IMG/VR virus record: IMGVR_UViG_3300031885_000018
Span: 1-53,338 of that record
Source of the DNA: a virus
Taxonomy: Duplodnaviria > Caudoviricetes
Direction: 5' to 3' (one strand)
Length of the DNA stretch: 53,338 nt
Shown: positions 27,801 through 36,388 of the stretch, in pieces
Layout: every line of letters starts with the position of its first letter
Position numbering within the stretch: position 1 is the first letter of the stretch
The notes under the pieces: generated by a model
What the model saw: the letters and a program-made list of their open reading frames with translations, nothing else
Database searches by the model: none
What the model was told of the DNA's origin: nothing
Program-made: the position numbers and the translations under genes

Positions 27801-30800
27801 AGAAGCTGCGGACCTTGCAAAAGAATTCTCAGCTAACTACGACAAGAAGGCATTCGCAAGTATGGATGCGTTCTTCCGCCCAGTTTCTATGTATGGTGAC
27901 GGTGACTTGCCTCGCTATATGGTTCCATCAATTCCTATCACTGAGGCAGATGACTTTGCTATCCTAGATAATGATTATTCTTCTGCTGGTGCTATGCCTC
28001 CTCTATTGGTGCCAAGTGGAAATAATACCGGTTCATATACAGATGCCTATAAGTTAAGCGCAACATCACAGTTCTTAAACCCATACAATAGCAATCCGGC
28101 ATATATGCACGGTAGCGGTAGTGGTCACGACATAACTGTTCTAGGTCACGGTTCTGTCGTTCCTTCAAGCATGAATATGTATGTTGAGGGCGACGGTACA
28201 CATCCGCACTATCATGATGACTATAGAACGCTAGCCTGGAAGGGTCCACTTATTCTAACACAGTGGGGCCTTGATACAAATGGCAAGCCAGTTCCAAACT
28301 TCGCAGATTCAGAAGATGCTATAGTAAATTCTGGTGAATTTGCAATGAGCGGACTACAAGATAGGTATCTACCTAACTGGTTGACTAAATCGCACACATG
28401 GCCGGTTGCTCCAGTAGACCTAAGACTAGATAGAAAGAGGGGTGTTTGGGTATCGCCCCCATCTCATAAGCTAGTTATTGGTCTTGCCCTAGAAAGAATT
28501 TCTGCTCATGGTCAGGGCTTGTGTCAACTTGTTGAAGGTAATCTACTTTATGATGCCAGTGGAAACAAGATACTTCCCAAAGCTATCCCGTGTTGGTGCG
28601 CACCTAGATTCGTCTTGACAGAAAAAATTGGAGATACAATTGCTTCTGGAACCGTACTTATCGCTTACTATGAAGCTGATAGGGATGAGTATTGGGCTCT
28701 CGAACGCACTGGTGGAAGAAATGATACTACGAGTTCATCAACCACAACTTCTGGCCCAACAACATCAACTACATATAATCCACTTATTACATGTGGTGTT
28801 AGCAACTGTAAGTGGACATGGAGTGGTACTGCCTGGGATAAGACAGAGAATAATTGTGGTGGAACAACAACATCTACAACGGCAGCTCCTAGTGGTACAA
28901 CGACAAGTACAGCAGCTCCTAGCGGTACAACAACCAGTACAGCAGACCCATGTGGATGCCCAACAACTACAAGTACGGCTGCACCTAGCGGTACAACAAC
29001 AAGTACGGCTCCACCCAGCGGTACAACAACAAGTACAACTTCTGGTCCAACAACAACTACTACAGCAGCACCATGTGTTTGCTCGTATCCAAGTTACTGT
29101 GGGCTTATTGTTGGCGAATGTACATATACATCCTGCATAGGTTCTGGTAGCGCTCCAACTGAAACTTCGTGCCCATCAACAACTACATCTACAACAACTC
29201 CAGCGCCAACAGGTTCTACTACATCGTCAACAACATCTACAACTCCAGACTGTAGCTCTACACCTGCACCACCAACAACAGAAGACCCGGCAGCAAATTG
29301 TGGTGGTAGCTGTTCTTGGTATGGTAACCCAATTCTTGGTTACTGGGTTCAGCAAAGCGACTGCGGGGACGCTATTGATTGCCTTGGATGGGATGCGTGT
29401 GGTAACTGTGCATATCCAAGCGCCCCATATGTTAAGTGCGGAAACACATCTACCCCCTGTATAGTAGGGCCAAAACCAGGATGCCCATCAAGCCCAGGTG
29501 GTGGATGCGGCGGATATTACACATATTGGTGCATTTTTGGAACATGGGTTGTAGATATGGCAAATAGCACAGGATGTACTGGTATAGGTGCGGTATGTCA
29601 GTCGTGTGACCCTCCAGCACAATGCTATGGGTGTACTACATTCTATACAATTAGTGCTGGTTGTCAAGCTGGCGGCGCTCCAAATGATTCACAGTGTAAA
29701 CCATGTGTTCCAGTAAGAATGGGTTGCAGGGGTGTTGAATGTCCAGACTGTCCAGGAACAACAGCAGACCCATGTAATCCAGAGACACCTACATCCCCAA
29801 TTCCACCAACAACAACAACCGCAAATCCATGTGGTCCTGGTTGCTGGTGGGAAGCTGATAGTAGTTTAGATTGGGTATTCCAATATGGCGGATGTAGCGG
29901 TGGGTGTGCATGTTACGAACCAGCGGGTAGTCCGTTGGATACGTGTGAGACTGCGTACACAGTGTGTATGGATATTACTACGCCTCCACCGACAACTACG
30001 CCTCCAACAACTACAGTACCTCCAACAACAACACCACCTACGACAACAACAACTAATCCGTGGTGGTGTTCAAATTCTGGCTGTAGCCCATATGGTTCAG
30101 AAGGTGGTGTTTGCTTCCAGGCTACTATTGCAGTAGCAACTGGAGACGCATTGTTATGTGCAGGCCCATTCGGAACCGAAGCTGAGTGTCATGCGACATT
30201 CTGCAAGCTTACAACTACTACAACTACGTCAGCTAAGCCGTGGTGGTGTATAACTGAAAATTGTGGACTAGGTATTGGTGGCTCATGTCTTGCGCTAACA
30301 GAACTTGAGGCTATTTATGATTATCCGTATACACTATGCGATGGTCCATTTGACACTGAGAGCGGATGTTTGTATGATTCTATGTGCGCAATAACCACAA
30401 CCACAACAGGTGCGCCGTGGTATTGTTGTAATATTTATGGTGGTGCGTCTTGCAATCCATTAAATAATAGATGTATACAAACTCCATGCGCTGACGACGG
30501 CATACCTTCAGATGATTGTAACCCTGGAACAACATATACTTCAGAGTCAGGTTGTATAGCAGCGTGTAATTTAACAACGACATGTAGCCCATCCGAACAT
30601 GCAACGGCCTGTTCGACCTACGTAACATATGGATGTACCCTAATATGTAATGCAAGCAATGGCTGGGAATATCAACATGCAGATTGTATATCAACACGTT
30701 GCGATACCCAGGGCTGTTACTGTCAATCTACCCCAGAAACAGATGCTATGGTTGCTAGTGGAATATGTCACGCTGGCGTAGATGCAAACATATACCTGGG

Positions 30801-30840
30801 TTGTAGGTCAACACCAACATCTACAACAGCAGCGCCATAA
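24883..30840 (+). CDS. Tail-tip/hub protein with a mucin-like Thr-rich and Cys-rich C-terminus (1985 aa)
   Basis: Hub-like N-terminus (FLGCSI.SF....GW, YTVKL.DPR.IL). From about 28726, Thr tracts alternate with Cys/Trp modules. Confidence 0.7.
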   Translation: MAYNACSGVSRNIFGPPEQTLFLGCSISSFSVNVGWNEQVGEVTVSLAQDTCPVPTSGNPKVYYDSNLQRQTTMAADPGFIEPNIGAPVYFRAGDFEWCGLVQNFTSSTSLGGKPVYTVKLIDPRQILDGAQIIVGEYADTVSPTPNLINAYAYAESFGTSSPPNVIAGATFGSPAGGFGGSLSNDNGMPWYVIKEAVSVLTSSTPRIVNNYSPYGRLTFRSGYGTMPSGSPSLTVGYGIIPGDSLLGQSLYTVDLSEMPQVPNYWRIAGTSVSLMEAISQVCSDACSDYYVELVPTYGYGGIQNIIKIRTASRVAVPTLGAIQSFVDNAGNAVQFSKGLEMRNEVVSSFVVGGNVQSIYQAEQDDSLTKTSWDIISPFFGLDIYGNVLETSAESGIWHFQANLLDLNAQLNFPLPISTAKITEYELLAAQAGYDTWLMLGEQNAFDFETVRAMNHTEDSIFNPELIERNSNAGLPNPPAIDLLTLGAGAVFPSGDTNADNVILTSAFDRDSQTVFSFVSAIASQFYGRKFMVRLPYTTGKIDPDSQQNNGRPVIKTTEVPSDGGWTDEDNVIGLQTQSSYLDFFTLPDNRLGCFVGLAITDAGVDVSSLNPEDYWVTTNQKTGADWVYIRANVEPDIVYLDKNTLYSPRVIVTLDQPVTSLSSDNYLDGLPAHMAAMEVYYSNKSPALKAKMSEALINNSVGTQSVWNEFPPRSIVIHAAAVPILSNVQTYGPWLSPMTVHGITKIEKDGGLVPWEYGSTYNMNLVGSTRALNETASSMQFGETGSVEVPGYPTLPIGAELGAYNGGFFAGGQHLFETRSIGSGTGGVTNDNYCYVDSGGPWTGIYGPNITSIGVEFGLNGVTTNYAMRTFSPAFGRFSKLNSERLKQFGQQGLRMQKAFRFAKLTQARRTGGIDRGNAVQAIGAREAKSKLKKGKLRHTDSPHEILVGQTIPWFSGDGMDGYTSRSIVATEEAADLAKEFSANYDKKAFASMDAFFRPVSMYGDGDLPRYMVPSIPITEADDFAILDNDYSSAGAMPPLLVPSGNNTGSYTDAYKLSATSQFLNPYNSNPAYMHGSGSGHDITVLGHGSVVPSSMNMYVEGDGTHPHYHDDYRTLAWKGPLILTQWGLDTNGKPVPNFADSEDAIVNSGEFAMSGLQDRYLPNWLTKSHTWPVAPVDLRLDRKRGVWVSPPSHKLVIGLALERISAHGQGLCQLVEGNLLYDASGNKILPKAIPCWCAPRFVLTEKIGDTIASGTVLIAYYEADRDEYWALERTGGRNDTTSSSTTTSGPTTSTTYNPLITCGVSNCKWTWSGTAWDKTENNCGGTTTSTTAAPSGTTTSTAAPSGTTTSTADPCGCPTTTSTAAPSGTTTSTAPPSGTTTSTTSGPTTTTTAAPCVCSYPSYCGLIVGECTYTSCIGSGSAPTETSCPSTTTSTTTPAPTGSTTSSTTSTTPDCSSTPAPPTTEDPAANCGGSCSWYGNPILGYWVQQSDCGDAIDCLGWDACGNCAYPSAPYVKCGNTSTPCIVGPKPGCPSSPGGGCGGYYTYWCIFGTWVVDMANSTGCTGIGAVCQSCDPPAQCYGCTTFYTISAGCQAGGAPNDSQCKPCVPVRMGCRGVECPDCPGTTADPCNPETPTSPIPPTTTTANPCGPGCWWEADSSLDWVFQYGGCSGGCACYEPAGSPLDTCETAYTVCMDITTPPPTTTPPTTTVPPTTTPPTTTTTNPWWCSNSGCSPYGSEGGVCFQATIAVATGDALLCAGPFGTEAECHATFCKLTTTTTTSAKPWWCITENCGLGIGGSCLALTELEAIYDYPYTLCDGPFDTESGCLYDSMCAITTTTTGAPWYCCNIYGGASCNPLNNRCIQTPCADDGIPSDDCNPGTTYTSESGCIAACNLTTTCSPSEHATACSTYVTYGCTLICNASNGWEYQHADCISTRCDTQGCYCQSTPETDAMVASGICHAGVDANIYLGCRSTPTSTTAAP
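28861..29073 (+). repeat. Imperfect 30-bp coding repeats (GTTTSTAAPS)
   Basis: About six units such as GGTACAACGACAAGTACAGCAGCTCCTAGC. Confidence 0.85.
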
Positions 30841-30842
30841 CC

Positions 30843-30871
30843 TTGGCAGCATGATATGATTAGGATATAAT
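30843..30871 (+). promoter_or_regulatory. Sigma70-type promoter
   Basis: TTGGCA-17 nt-TATAAT in the gap before the GT2 fusion gene. Confidence 0.65.
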
Positions 30872-30918
30872 AGCGTTAAGGAATTTCTTGAACGGAAAGA
30901 GAAAATAAGGTAAGAAAA

Positions 30919-32922
30919 ATGAGACCAAAACTAACAATAGGAATGCCAATGTATCATGATTATCATGGTGCTTGGTTCTCTCTACAAAGCCTGCGTCTAA
31001 ATGAAAATCTTGAAAACGTAGAGCTAATAGTAATTGATAATGACCCTACATATGCTGGCAGCAATCTTTTGAAGCCAAGTATGATTAGTGCATTTAAGCA
31101 CCATACTGCTGGCACAAGGTATATTGAATATACAGATGCAGTAGGTCCAGCTAATACAAAGAACAGGGTTTTTGAAGAAGCCTCTGGAGAAATAGTTCTA
31201 TGTATAGACTCTCATGTTCTATTTAGGCATGGAACAATTGGTAGGCTACTGGAATGGTATGATGCTAATCCAGAAAGTATGGACTTGATTAATGGGCCGC
31301 TAATCTATGATGACCTAAATAACATCTCTACTCACTTCGACGATAGCTGGAGAGGGGAGATGTGGGGCACATGGGGAAGCGCATGGGAGGCCCCAGACGG
31401 CACTGTTTTCTCTGTTAGGGATATAGGAGATAACACTCTTGAGTGTTTCGACCTAGCTAACCCAGAGATTAAGTTGCCATTTAAGGGTCAGTTCGTAGGT
31501 CACGAGCAGCTATTAATAAATAATGGTTGTCGTAAGCTTGGACTACTCGACTCAGATGAGTTTGAGATTCCTGGTAACGGTTGTGGATTGATTTCTTGCC
31601 GCAAAGACGCTTGGCTCGGATTTAATAAAAATTTCCGTGGCTTTGGGGGCGAGGAAATGTATATACATCAGAAGTTCAGAAACGCGGGCCAAAAAGTTTT
31701 GTGTCTTGGCTTTTTGAAATGGCTTCATAGGTTTGGTCGCCCAGAAGGTGTAGCGTTTCCACTTAGAAGATGGGACAAGGTTCGTAACTATGTGATAGGA
31801 CATCAAGAGTTAGGAATTCCACTAGATAGAGTCTATGACCACTTTGTTAAGAGTGGCCTAATGAAAGAAGGAGAATGGGAAGCTATGCTAAGCGACCCTA
31901 TTGCTATGACAGAACCACAAGCAACAAATAAAGAAAACATTTTAGATGTTTTCCATGCTGTTAAATCCATACCTAGAGATTTGAATCAACACATGGATAA
32001 ATTGAACTCTCTATGTAAGCACGCCACAAAAGTAACAGAATTCTCAGAGAGAAGGGAGTCTCTTGTTGCGTTTCTTTCTGAACCCAATGTTAAGAAGATT
32101 GTATCCTATAATACCGAGGGCGACAACCCAGAGGTAAAGAAGATGGTTGATATGCGCAAAGACCTGGAAATCACCATAGAGAAAAAGAGGTCCGCCGATG
32201 TTCCTTCTATAGATGAAACAGACCTATTGTTCATTGACCAGAGACATACATACGCCGATGTTTATAGGGAGCTATCAACTTATGGACCTAAGACATCAAG
32301 GTTCATTGTTCTCCACGATACTGTCTTGTATGGTATGCAGGGTGACGATGGTGGCCCAGGTATAGGTGCCGCATGTAAGGACTTTATGAAGGAACACAGA
32401 GAATGGTCTGTATGCGCCCATATTCCTGCACAGCACGGCCTAACAGTTCTATGTAAAGTTCCTAGCGATAAACCAGACGTTCCTCTAAGACCTTGGTTAA
32501 ATGGTGGCCCAGGTACAGAACTTGGTGCTATTCTTGAATCTCTAGGTATTAAGTCAAGCCCAACATGCGACTGTAAGGCTAAGGCCCGCGAGATGGACAA
32601 GTGGGGTATTGAAGGCTGTGAAACAAACAGAGAACAGATTATTCAGTGGATTAGAGATAATCAAGTTCGTTGGGGCTGGAAGGATAAGGTCGAAGCTGCC
32701 GCTGCTAGTGGAACTGAAATAGCAACAATTGGAGATGCGGAAGAGGGTGTGGTTGAAGAGCCAACAAAGAAGATGACACTAAGAGAGAAAGCTGCTATTG
32801 TTCTAAAGACGATAACAACTGGCTTAGTATTCAAGCTTAATGTTAGCGACCCAATTCCAAGTTTGGTAGACGAAGCTATTAGAAGGGCCAAGATAAAGGA
32901 CGCTAATGGCGAGTACGTATAA
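30919..32922 (+). CDS. GT2 glycosyltransferase / class I methyltransferase-like / CxC-domain fusion
   Basis: LTIGMP..LIVIDN..LCIDSH..GFGGEE (GT2); DLLFIDQRHTY...IVLHDT (Methyltransf_24-like); GPGTEL..LGI...TCDC...MD.WG..GC C-terminal domain. Confidence 0.8.
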   Translation: MRPKLTIGMPMYHDYHGAWFSLQSLRLNENLENVELIVIDNDPTYAGSNLLKPSMISAFKHHTAGTRYIEYTDAVGPANTKNRVFEEASGEIVLCIDSHVLFRHGTIGRLLEWYDANPESMDLINGPLIYDDLNNISTHFDDSWRGEMWGTWGSAWEAPDGTVFSVRDIGDNTLECFDLANPEIKLPFKGQFVGHEQLLINNGCRKLGLLDSDEFEIPGNGCGLISCRKDAWLGFNKNFRGFGGEEMYIHQKFRNAGQKVLCLGFLKWLHRFGRPEGVAFPLRRWDKVRNYVIGHQELGIPLDRVYDHFVKSGLMKEGEWEAMLSDPIAMTEPQATNKENILDVFHAVKSIPRDLNQHMDKLNSLCKHATKVTEFSERRESLVAFLSEPNVKKIVSYNTEGDNPEVKKMVDMRKDLEITIEKKRSADVPSIDETDLLFIDQRHTYADVYRELSTYGPKTSRFIVLHDTVLYGMQGDDGGPGIGAACKDFMKEHREWSVCAHIPAQHGLTVLCKVPSDKPDVPLRPWLNGGPGTELGAILESLGIKSSPTCDCKAKAREMDKWGIEGCETNREQIIQWIRDNQVRWGWKDKVEAAAASGTEIATIGDAEEGVVEEPTKKMTLREKAAIVLKTITTGLVFKLNVSDPIPSLVDEAIRRAKIKDANGEYV

Positions 32923-33508
32923 TCCAAAGATTGCGGTGATGGCACCGATATATCGCTACTATCCCGTAATCATTGGTTCTATGCTTGCTCAAAAACATAA
33001 GAACTGGGAACTTAACGTAATACACGATGGACCAGAAGACTCTAATAATCTAGATATTAAACATGCGTTTCAAACACCAGACCCAAGGGTTCATTGTTAC
33101 GCAACAGAGAAAAGGTTAAATAGTTGGGGTCACCCATTACGCCGACAGTGGCTAAAGGATATAAAACCCTGTACTGATATTGACCTAGTTGTAATTACAA
33201 ATGCGGACAACTATCATAATCCAGTTTACTTAGAAAGACTGTGTAAACCGTTTTCAGACAAGAAGGTGGTAGCCACATACGCTGAGTTCAACAGTACGCA
33301 CCACCATTCATATGGGATATTTACGAATAAACTAGCATGCTCTGCTATTGACATAGCGGCTCTTATGTTTAGAAAAGATGTTGCGTGTGAGATTGGATGG
33401 CAGTCTGACGAGTATTTTGCAGACTGGGTATTTATAGATGGGATTATGAAAAAATACGGTAAGGAAAACTTCAGGAAGGTTGATGGACACTTATTCACAC
33501 ACAACTAA
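32906..33508 (+). CDS. GT2 glycosyltransferase
   Basis: IAVMAPIY..Q.HKNWEL.VIHDG..ITNADNY..ADW.FI. Confidence 0.85.
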   Translation: MASTYNPKIAVMAPIYRYYPVIIGSMLAQKHKNWELNVIHDGPEDSNNLDIKHAFQTPDPRVHCYATEKRLNSWGHPLRRQWLKDIKPCTDIDLVVITNADNYHNPVYLERLCKPFSDKKVVATYAEFNSTHHHSYGIFTNKLACSAIDIAALMFRKDVACEIGWQSDEYFADWVFIDGIMKKYGKENFRKVDGHLFTHN

Positions 33509-33516
33509 GGAACGTA

Positions 33517-34254
33517 ATGAATATTATAGCACTATGCCCCACATTCAGGCACCCCGACCTACTAGCTAATAGTATCGCTATGTGGGAAAGACAAGACTAC
33601 CCCGCCGACAAAAGGTTCCTAATCATCTTAGATGATGGGGGCAACTTCAATTATCAAGAAGGGCCTAATTGGGTAATAATACCTTCTGCTCACCGTCTAC
33701 CGTCATTGCCAATTAAGTACAACGCCATGCTCGATATTGCGAAAATCTCAGAGAAGAAACATGACGCTTTTCTGGTTTGGGAGGACGACGACATCTATTT
33801 AAAAAACTACGTCTCACAACACGCAGAAACTTTAAAGATGCACGAACTGTCGAAGCCAGAGCGTGTAATGACCGATTGTGGCCCAGACAAGTCCCTCAAG
33901 GAAGAAGGCTCCGGTGGTAGATTCCATTCTACTCTAGGTTTTCGTAAGGAGCTAATAGAGAGGGTGGGCGGTTGGCCTCTAACTAAGAGGGCTGATTTCG
34001 ACCTTCAGTTTATAGACATACTACAGCGCAAAGCTAAGAGTATCGGCGAGTGGAAGGATGTAGCCCAGATTCCATTTGTATACTGTTGGCACACGGGACA
34101 GGCTCATGGACAGTGGACTATGAAGAATCAAGAGGATGAAACGTGGTATGATAGGGCAGATGAAGCCTATAAGGATAGAAGAGTAATAGGTACTATTAAT
34201 CCTTCTCTAAATCCAAGAACAGTAGAATTTTTGGCTAAATTAGAGGGCGAATAA
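33517..34254 (+). CDS. GT2 glycosyltransferase
   Basis: LCPTFRHP..QDYP..IILDD..WEDDDIY..VGGWP..FD..F. Confidence 0.85.
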   Translation: MNIIALCPTFRHPDLLANSIAMWERQDYPADKRFLIILDDGGNFNYQEGPNWVIIPSAHRLPSLPIKYNAMLDIAKISEKKHDAFLVWEDDDIYLKNYVSQHAETLKMHELSKPERVMTDCGPDKSLKEEGSGGRFHSTLGFRKELIERVGGWPLTKRADFDLQFIDILQRKAKSIGEWKDVAQIPFVYCWHTGQAHGQWTMKNQEDETWYDRADEAYKDRRVIGTINPSLNPRTVEFLAKLEGE

Positions 34255-34321
34255 GGTGTATAATATAATGTGTTACTTTTTATAAAGCATCAATAAGAGA
34301 TACATTTAAATGGTGTATTAT
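34255..34321 (+). promoter_or_regulatory. Two tandem putative late promoters (GGTGTATAAT at 34255, GGTGTATTAT at 34312)
   Basis: Same motif as at 4637 and 13579, in an AT-rich gap before the PAS gene. Confidence 0.6.
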
Positions 34322-34341
34322 ACAGTATACAAAAAGGAGAT

Positions 34342-34758
34342 ATGCATATGGGCTCATTGCTAACTACATCAGAACCGACATCCTTAGCTAAGTTAAGACA
34401 GGTAACCGAACATCTTGATAAGCTAGATGCTGCTGAAACGAACGCCTATAAGAGAGAAATGTATCTTATCCTAAACGCTTTAACAGATACGGTATTTGTG
34501 TCCGGTAAAGATGGGTTGATTCGTTTTGTTAATCCTTCAGTATACAGGGTGCTAGGATATTATCCAGAAGACTTGCTTGGCAAGAACATATGTAATATCT
34601 TCTTAGACTGCACAGATATAGAATCAAAGGTCAACGAGAGTATTGTCACTGTAGCTATGGATAAGTGCGGTGCCCAGGTTCCAGTTCATATTTATGTAGG
34701 CGTTATGAAGGATGGAGGGGAAAACGACTTAATAGTTTCGATTGTTCGTAAGGCTTAA
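34342..34758 (+). CDS. Stand-alone PAS-domain protein
   Basis: ILNALTDTVFVSGKDGLIRFVNPSVYRVLGYYPEDLLGKNI is a typical PAS S-box; RBS AAGGAG. Confidence 0.85.
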   Translation: MHMGSLLTTSEPTSLAKLRQVTEHLDKLDAAETNAYKREMYLILNALTDTVFVSGKDGLIRFVNPSVYRVLGYYPEDLLGKNICNIFLDCTDIESKVNESIVTVAMDKCGAQVPVHIYVGVMKDGGENDLIVSIVRKA

Positions 34759-34769
34759 GGGCACTTTTA

Positions 34770-34994
34770 ATGACACCAACAAACAACCTTGAAAGTTGGG
34801 CTGACTATCGCCGCCTTGTGCTTGATTGTATTGGTGAAAATAAGTCTAGAGTTGAAGACTTAGAAGACCGTCTTGCTAAAATAGATACAGAGATAAGCCT
34901 AATCAAACTCAAAATAGGAATGGTTGCCGGGATAGCGGGCTTCATTGGAAGTCTTATCCCGGTCTTAGTCCAATTCTTTCTTTCTAAGATGTAA
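34770..34994 (+). CDS. Coiled coil plus C-terminal TM protein (holin/XhlA-like)
   Basis: Heptad segment followed by IGMVAGIAGFIGSLIPVLVQFFL. Confidence 0.55.
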   Translation: MTPTNNLESWADYRRLVLDCIGENKSRVEDLEDRLAKIDTEISLIKLKIGMVAGIAGFIGSLIPVLVQFFLSKM

Positions 34995-35537
34995 CTACCA
35001 CTGATAGCTTTGACGAACAGCGGCCTCTAGTATTACTCTTAGAACCTGACCTTCGCCGAAGGTAATTTGGTGAGTTACGGCTACTGGTGGCTTTGCTCCA
35101 ACCTTCTTTGATACTCTTAGTGAGTATCCAGAGTCGCCTCTTTGTAGAAGGAACGATGTTGAGCCGCTTGCGTTCTTATGGAATAACCCGTTGAACTTTT
35201 CGCCCTTAGCTCCGCTCTGGTCTTTTTGTCCAGTTAGGACAGCTAAGATTTCACCAATATCAACTTCGCCAAGCTTAAGAGTTACGTTCTTGGTATCGTC
35301 ACCCCACCCGAAAGAAGCGTTTCCATTAGCGTCAACACCAGTCTGTTTTGCAGACACCCAGAATAGCTGGACATCTCTTATAGAGAATGACTTGCCATCC
35401 TTTTCTTTTTGTGTTGTAACTATCTTGAGTTCAAGCTTGGAAGCAGACCCATCATTGGTCTTCTTTGGCTTGTACACTCTCCACTCTTCCTTCTTCTTTA
35501 CCGCTGTAACCCCTGGCTTTGATGCTACTATACTCAT
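34995..35537 (-). CDS. Whirly-like ssDNA-binding protein
   Basis: VYK..S.S.L, F.W...V.L.L...DIGEI, LFH, GY.L.VS, I..GE..VL...YQW follow the motif order of plant Whirly proteins. Confidence 0.6.
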   Translation of the reverse strand: MSIVASKPGVTAVKKKEEWRVYKPKKTNDGSASKLELKIVTTQKEKDGKSFSIRDVQLFWVSAKQTGVDANGNASFGWGDDTKNVTLKLGEVDIGEILAVLTGQKDQSGAKGEKFNGLFHKNASGSTSFLLQRGDSGYSLRVSKKVGAKPPVAVTHQITFGEGQVLRVILEAAVRQSYQW

Positions 35538-36388
35538 TTAGTTCTCCAATCTGCTTTGTAACCAATTAACTCAATCGGAATTGCGTTCGTGTTCGCTTGG
35601 TAACCCGACAATGCTTTGACAAGGTTTCCACCGTCCGTATGGCTCAATTCCTTAAGGTTATCATAGTCTAGTACCAGATTGGTTGCAAGGTACTTGATTA
35701 GCTTTTCAACATTAACATTTAACCTTTTGGCTGTTATGTCGATAGCGCTCTTTTGGTTGTCGTTAATTGGGGCTACAAGAGTCGTAGAGAGCAAAGGTGC
35801 GTCATTGCTCTTTACTGCTCCATTAGCACCAAGTTCTTCAGCCGACACATTACGAAGTCTAAGAATCTTGCGTAGCGCCCTAGACTCAGCTCTTGTCTCA
35901 GCAAAAGCAACTGGGTATCTCTCAAAACCCTGTGGTAGATTACCAGCAAAGGCATCGGCGGCACCAGAGAATATCTTAACGATACCTTCCTTACCCTTTG
36001 TCAATACACTTACCGTAACTACAACCGTTGCCCTCTCGTTGTTTTCTGGAGTCGGAACCTGCTCAACCTTAGTCGTGCATTCGACGATTTCGCCGATAAG
36101 TTCTTCTGTAACCCTTCTAAGGGCGTCTACGGTAGGATTGCCATCATATAGCTCGTCTTGACTAAACTGGGACATGACATAATCATTCCATGAACCAGGA
36201 GCAACATATGACTCTTCTTCCTCTACGTCCTCTGGCTCGTCTTCCACTTCCTCAACTGAGTCAAGGTCGCCTATCAAATCCTTTTCAATATCAAGCTGAG
36301 CCTGAAGCTGTTCCTCTTCTAGAAGCTCAATAGATGAATCGTACCCGTGATTGTCAATAAGTTCTTTTACTAGTTCATCTTTAGTCAT
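35534..36388 (-). CDS. Rad52/Sak-like single-strand annealing protein
   Basis: ATVVVTV...FSGAADA...AFAETRAESRALRKIL. Confidence 0.65.
   Translation of the reverse strand: MTKDELVKELIDNHGYDSSIELLEEEQLQAQLDIEKDLIGDLDSVEEVEDEPEDVEEEESYVAPGSWNDYVMSQFSQDELYDGNPTVDALRRVTEELIGEIVECTTKVEQVPTPENNERATVVVTVSVLTKGKEGIVKIFSGAADAFAGNLPQGFERYPVAFAETRAESRALRKILRLRNVSAEELGANGAVKSNDAPLLSTTLVAPINDNQKSAIDITAKRLNVNVEKLIKYLATNLVLDYDNLKELSHTDGGNLVKALSGYQANTNAIPIELIGYKADWRTK

Noticed and set aside
28628-29140. Gln-rich 170-aa alternative-frame ORF
   Set aside because: It is the shifted reading of ACA Thr runs (CAA); no independent support.
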